Part shown: in pieces, positions 38,951 through 49,452 of the stretch
Layout: each line of letters begins with the position of its first letter
How positions within the stretch are numbered: the first letter of the stretch is position 1
NCBI GenBank assembly: GCA_030704615.1
Contig: CM060734.1
Coordinates: 34,472,001 to 34,536,000, forward strand
Direction of reading: 5' to 3'
Length of the DNA: 64,000 bases
DNA from: Takakia lepidozioides
Lineage: Eukaryota > Plantae > Bryophyta
Notes under the pieces: generated by a model
Seen by the model: the letters and a program-made list of their open reading frames with translations, nothing else
The model's database searches: none
What the model was told of the DNA's origin: nothing
Position numbers and translations under genes: made by a program

Positions 38951-39208
38951 CGCCCCCCTAGCTGGTGCTTAGGTCCCTCTAAGTCCAGGTAGCCACAAGA
39001 TGTGATAGTGACCATAGCCTCACTAAGTCCTCCACCACTATCCCTACTACACTCAAACTCGATAGATCAAGAGGCCGGGTGCAAGAGTTGCCCCATCGTT
39101 AGTCGCCGTCTTGCAACCTGTGAACTTGAGCTTGGGATCTCATGTATTGACTCCTATGAGCTTGGCCTCCCATGTCTTGTTAGCTGCCTCCAGTCATGTC
39201 CACTGCCA

Positions 39209-39365
39209 CTATCCCAAGCAGTGTGGACACAACCAATCTCCGTCAGGAACCTTCTCAAGAGGTGGTGTCAAGCATCCCATATGCCAACCCCTTGAGCATC
39301 GATCACACACCAGCATGGTGGCTGCCCCTTTGGCAGACCCACAGAGCATGCACCTCAAACCTGCA
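39209..39365 (-). CDS. PHD finger at the integrase C-terminus
   Basis: CMLCGSAKGAATMLVCDRCSRGWHMGCLTPPLEKVPDGDWLCPHC is a canonical C4-H-C3 PHD pattern, in frame with the integrase core. Confidence 0.93.
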
Positions 39366-39379
39366 GGTACCACTGCCAA

Positions 39380-40520
39380 GTTTGGGTCAACTCTGCCATC
39401 GACATTGGGAAGGTGACATGGCGCACAATTACGCACATGGTCCTTCCAAGTCATGCCATCCCGACCCTCTAAGATCAGGACCCCTGAGGGCAACACCTCT
39501 CGAACCCTCAGAATAACACGCCCTGCAGTAACATCCAGAGTCGTAGGAGCAGTCTGCTGCAAATAAACATAGTCACCAGGGCTAAACCTCCGAACCCCAG
39601 GACGATATCCTCCACCACGTATAGTGGCATACCTCAACGTATCACGGTGCTGTGCAATGGCAAGGTTCTCAAAAGCCATGGGCATGACTTTCTTGAACAA
39701 CTCTGCACGCTGATCACATGCACGTACCCACACGTCCGGATCGTCAAGGTTAAGGACTTGAGCAGTGTCCCTACGAATGGCTGCAGGCAAATCCGGCTCT
39801 CGGCCAAAGAGAAGGAAATATGGTGAGAAGGAGGCAAGTGATGCTTGTTTGCTGAACCTGTAGCCCATGGCTAACCAAGGAACCTGAAGATCCCAATCTC
39901 CTAGGTGTCCCTTCTGCAAGCCATACTTGCGCAAACCCCTCTTCACCGTCTGAACAACTCTCTCTGCTAAGCCATCGGCCTCAGGATGATCCCGAGAAGT
40001 GGTGCGGTGGTCTATCAAGGCTTTATCACACAAAGCCTGAAACTCCCCCAAAACTCTCTCCCTTGGTCCGTGAGTACCTCAGCTGGAGCACCAAATCGGC
40101 TAAGCACACGATCCAAGAATGCATACGCAGCCCCCTCACTAGCCTTGTCAGGCAATGGAACCAACTCAATCCACTTGGAGAAGTGCTCCACCATCACCAA
40201 CACATATCTGTGGTGGCGCATAGTCAGTGGCAACGGTCCTGCGAAGTCAAGACTCCACCTGTAGCCCAATCCCATGATTGGTAAAGGATGCAACTGTGGT
40301 GTAGGGGCGTTGAATGAAGCACGCACCCTGTCACACACCATGCACCTAGCCACGAACTGTTGCACCTCTGTATGCATACCACGCCACCAATACTGCCCCT
40401 GCAGTAAACTGTGAGTGCGTCGCACTCCAAAATGCCCCAACTCCTCATGGGCATGCCGCACTAACCGTGCACGCTGTGTGGGGTGAGGCACAATCCTCAC
40501 CCGACCATCCTCCCACACTC
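39380..40520 (-). CDS. Integrase (HHCC zinc finger + DDE core), frameshift near 40050
   Basis: HAHEELGHFG...CMVC; WSLDFAGP; VLTDQGREF; HPEADGLAERVVQTVK. Confidence 0.93.
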
Positions 40521-40799
40521 GAAGTAGGTGTATCCCCTCCCACTTGAACCTCTTGGCTCGTTGCAGGATCCGATCCCTCTCCCTGGCAGTCACAATGGCT
40601 GCCGTGTCTCCCGTGCGGAGGTAGTCCAACACAGCCGAATCCTCATGTATATCTCTGGCACCACCTAGCTCATCACTAGCCTCAGGGTCCTCAGACACTC
40701 CGTCTACAGTCATCCCTGTTGTAGGTCCAATCTGACCTCCCGATGCCAAGATACACAAAAATGCAGATGCGTGCCATCCCGGCACCATCTCCTCGTCCG

Positions 40800-42265
40800 T
40801 CTCACCATGCCACCGAGCTCCAGTGTCATCCTGCTGGCTCATGCATGGATTGCGACTCAATCCATCCGCATCCCGATTGACCAAACCCGGTCGATGCACA
40901 ACCTGAAAGTCATACTCCTGGAGTATAAGTGCCCACCGTGCAAGCTTCCCCGTAAGCTTGTCTGACTCCATCAACCACTTGAGTGGCTGGTGATCCGTGA
41001 CAAGGGTGAAAAGATTGCCGTATAGATAGCACCTGAAGTGTGCCACGGCCCACACTGCAGCTAAGCACTCTCCCTCATATGAGCTGTACTTAGCCTCTGC
41101 AGCGTTGTTCAAGCGGCTAGCGTAAGCCACTACGAACTCTCTTCCCTCATCATCCACTTGTGTGAGCACCGCTCCAAGCCCCAGCATGCTCCAATCCGTA
41201 TGCAGCTGAAAGGGACGCCCCCTGATAGGTCGTCTCAAGATAGGCGCCGAGGTCAACCTCGCCTTGAGCTCTTGAAAAGCTCGTTCCTGCTCATCTTCCC
41301 ACTGCCACTCCTGGTCCACCTTGGTCAGCTTGGTTAGAGCCTTTGCAATGGTACTAAATCCCTTGACAAACCGTCTATAATAGTTTGCCAACCCCATGAA
41401 AGCTCGAACTCGGCTCACATCCGTGGGGCGTGGAATTTGTGCAATGGCCTCTACCTTAGTCTGCTGTACCCCCAATCCTCCAGGATATATCATGTGACCC
41501 AGATACTCAATCTGGTTGTGGAAAAACTTGCACTTCCCCGGATGCAACTTCAATCCGTGCGCTCCAATACCACCTGAAGGTGTCTCTCATGCTCCTCCAT
41601 CGTAACACTAAAGATGATGATGTCATCTATGTAGCACCGAGCAAAGTCCACCCCTGCTAGAATCCTATCCATGACTCTCTGAAACTCTGCAGGAGCATTC
41701 TTAAGCCCAAATGGTAAGAACCGCCACTGATATAGGCAATCCTTGCCGTGCTCATTGATCCCCCAGAATGTCGTCTTTGCTTGTCCGCCTCCTTGATTGG
41801 CAACTGGTGATATCCGGATCGTAAATCCAAAGTGCTAAAGGCCTTAGCATGCCCGATGGCATCAAAGATCTCCTCTAGTGTTGGCATGGCATACTTATCG
41901 GACTTGGTCTGACGATTTACAGGCCGGTAATCACCGCACATACGTCTCTCCGTCCAATTGCCATAGACATCCTTCTTGGCTGGCATCACTGTGGCTGAAG
42001 CATACTCTCCACCAGAGAGCTCCACCAAACCTGCCTCCCAGAGATCTTGAGTCCTCATCTGAATCAAAGACCTCTCCATGTCACTGTATCTATAGGGTCT
42101 CCGAAAGATTGGGGTGTCAGTGGCCAACTCAATACGGATCTCTTGACCCTTCAGTGCTCCCAAGTCCTTCAAACTGAAGGCAAAGCAATTCCTGTAAGCC
42201 CTCAGGAACCGCCGTATACGTCGTCTCTCTCCTCCGGTGACAATGGGTCCAATGTCAGGCTCCAA
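40800..42265 (-). CDS. Reverse transcriptase and RNase H (Gypsy type; frameshifted)
   Basis: RMCGDYRPVN...YAMPTLEEIFD...STLDLRSGYHQ; YIDD at 41633-41622; KLHPGKCKFF...YLGH; RNase H FQLHTDWS...YSSYEGECLA...TDHQPLKWL...NRDADGLSR. Confidence 0.95.
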
Positions 42266-42619
42266 TTGTCCTCCGTAACTGCAACCTTAAGTCCAGTGGG
42301 CTTAGAGGTAGAGGACGCGTCCAGTGGTTGCTATGTTGCAACCTCTTGAGCAGTACTCCCTGCCTGCTCAGTCAATGACAAGGCCTCATCCTGCCCCATC
42401 ATCTCATCCTTGAGGACCTCCTCAACCCGAGAAGAATCCCCAACCTCATCCATCACAGCCGCCTTGGCTGCCAACTCCCTCTGAACCTCGAGCACCTCCC
42501 ACGTGTGCCATGGATGCATGCACCCCGTGGTCCTCACATGCTCGCCCCCACTCACTGCCTGTACCGTCTCGGTAGGCAGAGAGACCATTGAGGGAAGTGT
42601 ACTCCGCACTCTGCGTTGC

Positions 42620-43585
42620 TCAGCCAAGCCAAGCTGATAATCCAGGTCAAGCAATTGAGATCCATTGCTTGCCCCAACACTTGACGACGTGATGCCTCAG
42701 AAAGAGACGACACCGCCGTGGTACCAGTGGTAAAACCCATTGCCCGCTCACGCTCGTCAGCATTAGGCTCCACTAACTGCTGCAACTGAGCATCCCACAG
42801 GAGGCCAGGTCCACTATCCCGGAAAGCATGCGATCCTGGGAAGCTGAGCAGTGTAGGTAATGCTGCTCGTGGTTGACCCACCTTGTTGACCACTGCCAAA
42901 GGCGAACGGTCATCGTGTCTCACACGCTGAGACTGCCTCCCTGTGTCCAGAATGTTATCCACTGTGAGATGTGCTGGCCGCTGCACCCATCAAATGCACG
43001 CTTGAGCAGTGCGGGTGGCATCAAGTTAGTCCACCATAGCCGTGGACGATGAGCCCGTGACCCCACTGTAGCTGCATCTAGCAACACTGCTGACCCAAGC
43101 CACGACCGGACTTGATGCACACTGGCCATCACCCTGGCCCGAGAATCGCCCATCAGTGGCACATTCTCCAAGATGTATGCTGGAGATACAGCTTGATGAA
43201 GCTGCAAGTGGCGCAAAACCCGCACCATCTCCCAAAACAGACCCGACCTCGAGTCTCGCAATCCATTGCCATGCCCGGCTGATGAATGCCCTTGGCAGGG
43301 CCAACCTGCCACTACCAGATCAATGGAGCCAACCCGCTCCAAATCCTGCGCCCCCAGCAACGAAATGTCTGCTGGCAAGGCCTGCTGATATCCACGAATT
43401 GCAGACACCGACAACAACTCAGGGTACCGCTGCACCAACTGAGCAACATGGCGAAGTGAAACGCGTCGTGCAGTCTCATCCCTCTCCACATACAGGTAAC
43501 GCCGAACTCGTACACCTGCTTGTAACACAGCAGCCAATCCGGTGCTGATCCCGCCAAACAAGTCCAGAAGACAAATGCCTTCATC
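42620..43585 (-). CDS. C5 cytosine DNA methyltransferase domain, DNMT3-like with non-permuted motif order, within the retrotransposon polyprotein (frameshift near 42985)
   Basis: Motif I LLDLFGGISTG, II YVERD, IV IDLVVAGWPCQGHS, VI YILENV, VIII LDAATVGSRAHRPRLWWTNL (ORF 42920-44386, same frame as the protease). Motifs IX-X ERERAMGF...RRQVLGQAMDLNCL follow in ORF 42552-42986. Confidence 0.92.
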
Positions 43586-43899
43586 CGGATACTGCCACAC
43601 AATAGGTGTGGTGTCCAATGGAGACAATTGAGGTGGTCCTGGTGCAATCCCCACTCTCCTCCTCTCCTGACGGTACAAAAGCCTCCACCCAGGCTTGTTG
43701 CACCCGTCGATCAGCATCCCGCTGCAAATCCTTGCTCGTGCCCACAATGGAGTCTGAGCAACCATGGTAGGCAACTCCGCCATACCATACATGTCATCCT
43801 GCTCTCCCGGAGGTGGTACATCCTCTGAATGAGCATTGCCCTCAAGCAACTCTCTAGGCCAACTCACTGCCGCTGTGAATGCTGCTAGTGTCGGCATCT

Positions 43900-44386
43900 T
43901 GCCTCGCTGGGCAACCGCAACTCCTCCTATGAACGTCACAGGGAGTTGCACACGCCGGCCCTCCCCTGACTGCCATGCAGGCCTATAGGAAGCTGACTCC
44001 TCCCAAAAATCCAGGGTGAAGCCCATGGGGTACAACACTGCCCCACCAACCAGGACATCGTATGAGACTGCGTCTGTCACAATGGCCTTGGCTCGCATCA
44101 CTGAGCCATCTGTAGGGTGATCCGGCCGTAGTCTGATAGCCAACTCACGCCGTGTCATGCCCCGAGCCTGCTCCGATCCTCCCAGAGACGTCTGTATCTG
44201 GAAAGGACAAGGCTCCATATCCGCCTCCGTGAGGCCCAAGCCTGCAATAGCAGCTCTGCCCAGCATCAATGGCTGAGCTCCCGAGTCCAACAAGACCCGC
44301 AGTGGCCGGTACCTCTTGCCTGCCGGTCCACTCAAACAGAAAATGTCATCCTGGTTGTCTAACATGACAACTCCAGGTGTCACCAT
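43900..44386 (-). CDS. Retropepsin-type aspartic protease
   Basis: RVLLDSGAQPLMLG (DSG at 44287-44279) ... SYDVLVGGAVLYPMGFTLDF. Confidence 0.85.
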
Positions 44387-45072
44387 GGCGCGCTCAATGG
44401 CTGGCCTAGCTGTCAGCTGCAGCTTGCCATGGCGCCGCCGTGGCAGTCTTGACCCTCAAATCCGAGGATCCCTCCGGCACTACACCTCCCACTATCTCCG
44501 CAGAAGATGAAGTAACCTCCCCACTCTCACAGAGTGTAGCTGCCAGCCTGAACACCTCAGCTGGTCTTACCCCCGGCGTCGCAATCATGGTAGCCGAGAA
44601 CAATGGAGCCTGGCACACAGATGTGGCCGCTCCTAGCAGCACACTAGCTGCCGTAGCCTTGGCAACACTAGGTAGTGGTGCTACCCGTGTAGCTCTCCCC
44701 AATGGCATAGTAACCTCCGCCTCGGTAACAGTCGGGCGAGAACTAGGTGCCATGGATGGCGTCGACACTGTCTCCGCCAATGTGAATGACTGAGGAAGCC
44801 TAGCCTGACGGCTTGCCTCCCCACGCTGTGGATCCAACTCCACCTCTGCACCTCGTGGCTCAGGAACTCGTGCTGCTCCTCGAGTCACGGCTGCAGCAGA
44901 CTCCACCTGCACTAGTGGTAGTGCTGCTCCACACATGAATCCCATGCCTCCCATATCTCCTCCCTCAGGAGCAGGAGGTGGACCATCCGGCCTTAGAGCC
45001 GGTACCACCTGAGCTGTAGCCATGGCAGCGAGCCTCTGCTCTAGCTGCTGAAGCCAGTTGGCCATGCCTTGG

Positions 45073-46487
45073 TCAACCCCTGACCTCCGCGTCCTTGGCC
45101 ATGTTGAGCTTGCCCTTGGCCTGCACCTCTGGCTGGCCACCTCGTCCTCTCTGGGCTGCTCCACCTCGCCCCCGGCCACCATTGTTCCCTTGGAACTGGC
45201 CTGGGCGCAACTCAGGATGCAAACCATAACACTGGGCCTCTCCATGCCCGTGCTTGCCACAATGCCCACACTGCAACTGTGCAGGCTGTGCATGTGCCGG
45301 CCCTTTGCCTCCCTCTGGGCAATCCTTCTTGACATGGGGTCCTCCACATGTCCAGCACACCACATCCGCCCGTTGTTGGCCAGCAAATGAAGGGAGAGAC
45401 CCCTGCATCTGAGGTCCTCTCTGCCCTTCCCTGAGCTTCACCTGAGCCCCCTTGTTGCCTTGAGCACGTTGAGGTAGTGGTTGGCTAAGAGCACCACTAC
45501 CCCGTGGTGTCTCCTTAGCAAATCCCACCATGACCACTCGTTCCTCCACCATGTTGAGCTCTATCCGCTCTGCCAGCAAAAACACATTTGCTAAGGTGGG
45601 TTGGGCCGCTTGTAGGAGAGTTGCATCCCGCACCCTTCTCCTCAGCTCCTTGTCCAATATCCCATACCAGAATTGGACTGCCTGAGCTTCCGTAACCCCT
45701 TGGGTTACATTTATCAAGCGCCTCATGCGAGTGAAAGCCTCCCTCAAGCTCTCGGTCGGCTTCCGTTGGAACTCTTGCAAGCTCCGCAACTTCTCTGTCC
45801 TCACCCCTTGGTAGTTCCCTCTCAACTCTTCGAAGAACTCCACAACAGGGTTGAAGGCAGGCACGGGTGCTAGTGCTGGTGCGGTAGTGGCTTGGGTGGA
45901 CGTCGTAGCTACTGTACCACCAGTCCCACTAGTTCCACTGCTACTTGCTGAAGCTGCCGGTGCAGCGGCAGGTGTAGCCACTGCCCTCGTGGCTCTAGTG
46001 CCCCTAGTGATGGAGACATAGTTGGTGACCAGTACATCCTCCACTCCTCGATCTCAACCTCATGCCCCCGCCTGAACTCATGGTAATCATCCATAGGCGG
46101 CCCCTCAAGGTGCTGAAACAGCCCCTTCCATGCCATGAAAGGCGTAAATAGTTGTGGATTGCGCATTTGCTGCAAATCACACCAACTATCAAACTCTTGG
46201 ATAAAATCATCCAACTCGATGGTGCCCACCGCCCCAGAGTACCTTCGTGGCCCCTTGGTAGCTCCATACATCTCCTCCATTGTGTCCCACAACAATGGCA
46301 AAGAAACAACTTGCACCGCCGGTATGAGTCCTCCTGATTCACAATCCGAATCAGAACCTTCCGTAGAAGACACAGGAGGTGAAGGTGGCCTAAACCGCAC
46401 ACCTCGTCTCGTGTACCCACTAGTATCGCTAGTGCTCAAACCGGCACTGTCCCCAGCAACTAGTGGCACCTCCGTGTTGACACTCAA
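45073..46487 (-). CDS. Retrotransposon Gag with two CCHC zinc knuckles (one frameshift)
   Basis: YSGAVGTIELDDFIQEFDSW; LQEFQRKPTESLREAFTRM...AVQFWYGILDKELR; CWTCGGPHVKKDC and CGHCGKHGHGEAQC. Confidence 0.88.
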
Positions 46488-47149
46488 CCGGTCATGAACA
46501 TGTCCCTAACCCCCTCTCCACAAGGTAACTGAGTAGAGAACCTGTTGCGGCTTATGGTTTGGAATACTAAATTCCTAACATAGCCTACACCTGTACCTGC
46601 ATCCACCGCAAGCACTCCTATGGTTGGCTGGTCATCACCTCCAACCTCACCACAGGAGAAACAATGATGGTCTGGCTGGTCATCACCCCAGCCTCGCCAT
46701 CAACAGCATGCTCTAGGACTGGCCGGTGATCAAATCCGGACCAATCACCTATAAAAACAAGCGCCCACACAAAACTAGCATGGCACACAGTCAAGCATGC
46801 AGGTATGGAGGGGATCCAAACACAAGAAATCAGAACGACAACTCCCCCACACCAAAAATAACTCCACGGTGTTGCTCCTGCAAGGACACCCCAGCCCAAA
46901 CCCGGACTGACTCTTGCCTCCACCTACGGAAAGGTCTTGGCCTAATGAGAGGGTGGAAACTACGAGGAAGAGAAGCTAAAGCAATGCCTAACCCCAGCAT
47001 GACCTCATCCCAACACTCTTCATCTCCTCTCTTCCCTCACTTGCATGACCATGGGAATATCATGAAGATACTCCTCAAATTGCCCTCCACGAGCTTCAAA
47101 ATTCGGCCTTCAAGACCACATACCAGACCTTAGGTAGTCCACCAGTGCC

Positions 47150-47680
47150 TCCACGAGTCAGCACAGGCCGTCCACAGGTCAACACGGGCCCACACAGCTC
47201 ACTGCTCACAGCCGTCACAGGCCCACAGGCCACTAGGCACAGCCTGTCACAGCCCCTCATAGCCCGTCACAGCTCGCCACAGCCCGTCACAGCCCCACAG
47301 GCCACAGGGCACAGCCCGCCACAGCCTGTCACAGCCCCGCACAGCCCGTCACAGCCCCACAGGCCACTGGGCACAACCTATCACAGCCCCTCACAGCCCT
47401 CACAGCTCGCCACAGCCCCTCACAGCCCCAAAGGCCACGGGCACAGCCTGTCACAGCCCCTCACAGCCCGTCACAGCCCCAAAGGCCTCGGGCACGGCCT
47501 GACACAGCCCCTCACAGCCCGTCACAGCCCCAAAGGCCTCAGGCACGGCCTGTCACAGCCCCTCACAGCCCCACAGGCCACTGGGCACAGCCTGTCATAG
47601 CCCCGCACAGCCCGTCACAGCCCCACAGGCCATAGGGCACAGCCCGCCACAGCCCCGCATAGCCCGTCACAGCCCCATCC
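47150..47680. repeat. Degenerate CACAGCCC tandem array in the retrotransposon 5' leader
   Basis: Dozens of cacagccc/cacaggcc units over ~530 bp. Confidence 0.9.
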
Positions 47681-49097
47681 ATGGCCGCTCTGGCAGTTTA
47701 GCCATTTCTCCAAGGGGTTTAGCCACGCCAAGCTAGGGTTTGTGTCTCTTGGACTCTAGGCTTCTTTCCATCGAGCTATGGCGGCTGTGAGGAAATCAGC
47801 AAGGTATTCTTGCTCTTTCGGCTCCCACACACCACCATAGTAGCCCTAAGCCATGAGGTGGTTGCCACAAACCAAGCCTTTTTTCTCACTTAGCCTCCCC
47901 AAACACGCCACTAAACTCAATGGCAAACAACCAAGCCCTGCTGGTTCCCAGCCCTTGTGAGCACTCATTCAAGCACTCTCCTTGGCCATAGCATCTGTCT
48001 TAGAGCCTATTCCAGCCCCCTACACCTGCTGCTTCAAGAGTTGCGTTCCCTTCAAGCTTGAAGTTGAAACCCCAACTCACATAGGCCCTACAAGTGCTTT
48101 TCTTTCACTCCAAGTGGAAACCAGCCCTAGACCTTCCGTTCTAGCTCTCTAAAGCTTGAAAACAAGAGCCTCAATGGGCTGAAGGCATGCTCCACACATG
48201 CCCCACTCTCACCATAAGAGAATCAGCTCCTTTGCTTCATTTCTTGCACCCACAAACCTGAAAATACAAGCTTTCACCAGGCTGATAGCATGCTCCACAC
48301 ATGCATTGCCCTCACATAAGGGAAGTCAGCCCTTCCCTCTTCCTTGCTTGCCCTCTAAGCTTGAAGATGGAAGCTTCAATTAGCTGAATACATGCTCCAC
48401 ACATGCAACCTCTTCACACAAGAGATATCAGCCCCCTATCTTGGCTCCTTGATGCTCTCTAAGACAAGACTAAGCACTCCACAGCCTTTGCCAAGCTCCT
48501 GAAACCCTAAGGCTTACATTTCCACCCACAAGACACTTCTCTTGTGGTGCAAGAGCTCTTCTTCCAAGCTCTGAAACCCTAGGTGCACATTCCATGGCCT
48601 TGCCGCACCTCTTAGTTCCTGTTCCAGCCCTGCTCTTGCCATGACAAGAGCCCTCTCAATGCTGAAGCTCGAGATTGAAACCCAATCTCACCATACTCCA
48701 CAAAGTGCACTGATTTGCCCCAAGCCAAATCAGCCCTTTCGCTTGGTCTTGCAATCCTTCACACAATGAAAGCTCGCATTCCCAAGTCCAGTTCTCAGCT
48801 TTGCCACCAAAGCCACTATAACCTGCTCTTGACTGGTCCTCTTCCCAATCGTGCTTGCTCATGCATGTACACAATCTGAAAATCAAGGTGCTCTGGAATT
48901 ACCTGCAACATGGTGCTTTCATCTCTGAAGCTGAAGATCGAATGCCAAGGTCTACCACCTCGTAACCCACATCGCCTCCGCTTCTAACAACCAAGAGCTC
49001 CACGGTGCTCCTTGCATAACAACTTGGTTTCTCTCATTCTCAAGCAAAAACCACAAGTGCTACAACTAACTCGTATCTGGCACTCACAGATACGAGC

Positions 49098-49424
49098 TGA
49101 TAAAGAAGAAGAATACAAGCACAAGCTCATGCGAGCTCACAAAGCTGAAGCATAAACTCAGGCATATATAACCTCATCACTCAAATACAAGTCAAGCCAA
49201 GTGCACCCCACGCCATGGGGAATCCACACTACAGCGCTATAGCTAGGCGCGGTGAGGCTCAACTCAAGAAAGATGAGCCTTCCGCGCTTGCCGTGAAGAT
49301 AACCACTCCAGGGCCTAAATCTGCCTTGACCCCTGGATTGACATTTGGGCCAATCCCAAATGTCAATATGTAAAAGCTAGCTATTTCCTAGCTAGTTTCA
49401 CACTAGTGGTAAAATAACTTGACA
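49098..49424 (-). repeat. 5'-terminal repeat (B half only, ~326 bp)
   Basis: gataaagaagaagaatacaagc...aaaataacttgaca is near-identical to 38433-38758; on minus it reads TGTC...TTTATCA. Confidence 0.92.
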
Positions 49425-49452
49425 AGGCATTACGTCCTGGTAGGGTGCGGCT

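Larger units (their letters stand above)
38254..49424 (-). mobile_element. Ty3/Gypsy retrotransposon (11171 bp): gag-PR-DNMT-RT-RH-INT-PHD, split/permuted terminal repeats, 4-bp TSD AGGC
   Basis: aggc|TGTC...(38254) and ...GACA|aggc (49424). Domain order PR-RT-RH-INT is Gypsy-type. Repeat blocks on +: A 38254-38431, B 38433-38758, A' 38761-38950, B' 49099-49424. Confidence 0.95.

Noticed and set aside
42620-43585. Host DRM/DNMT3 gene or bacterial restriction-modification contamination
   Set aside because: The domain is intronless, in frame with a retroviral-type protease, and enclosed by the element's repeats and TSD. The motif order is not DRM-permuted and no restriction enzyme is adjacent.
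47145-47600. 151-aa S/Q/P/T/A-rich ORF
   Set aside because: Translation of the CACAGCCC tandem array on the strand opposite to the element.
38254-49424. DIRS/Ngaro tyrosine-recombinase element (suggested by the split repeats)
   Set aside because: No tyrosine recombinase motifs were seen. It has an aspartic protease, a DDE integrase and a TSD, which YR elements lack.
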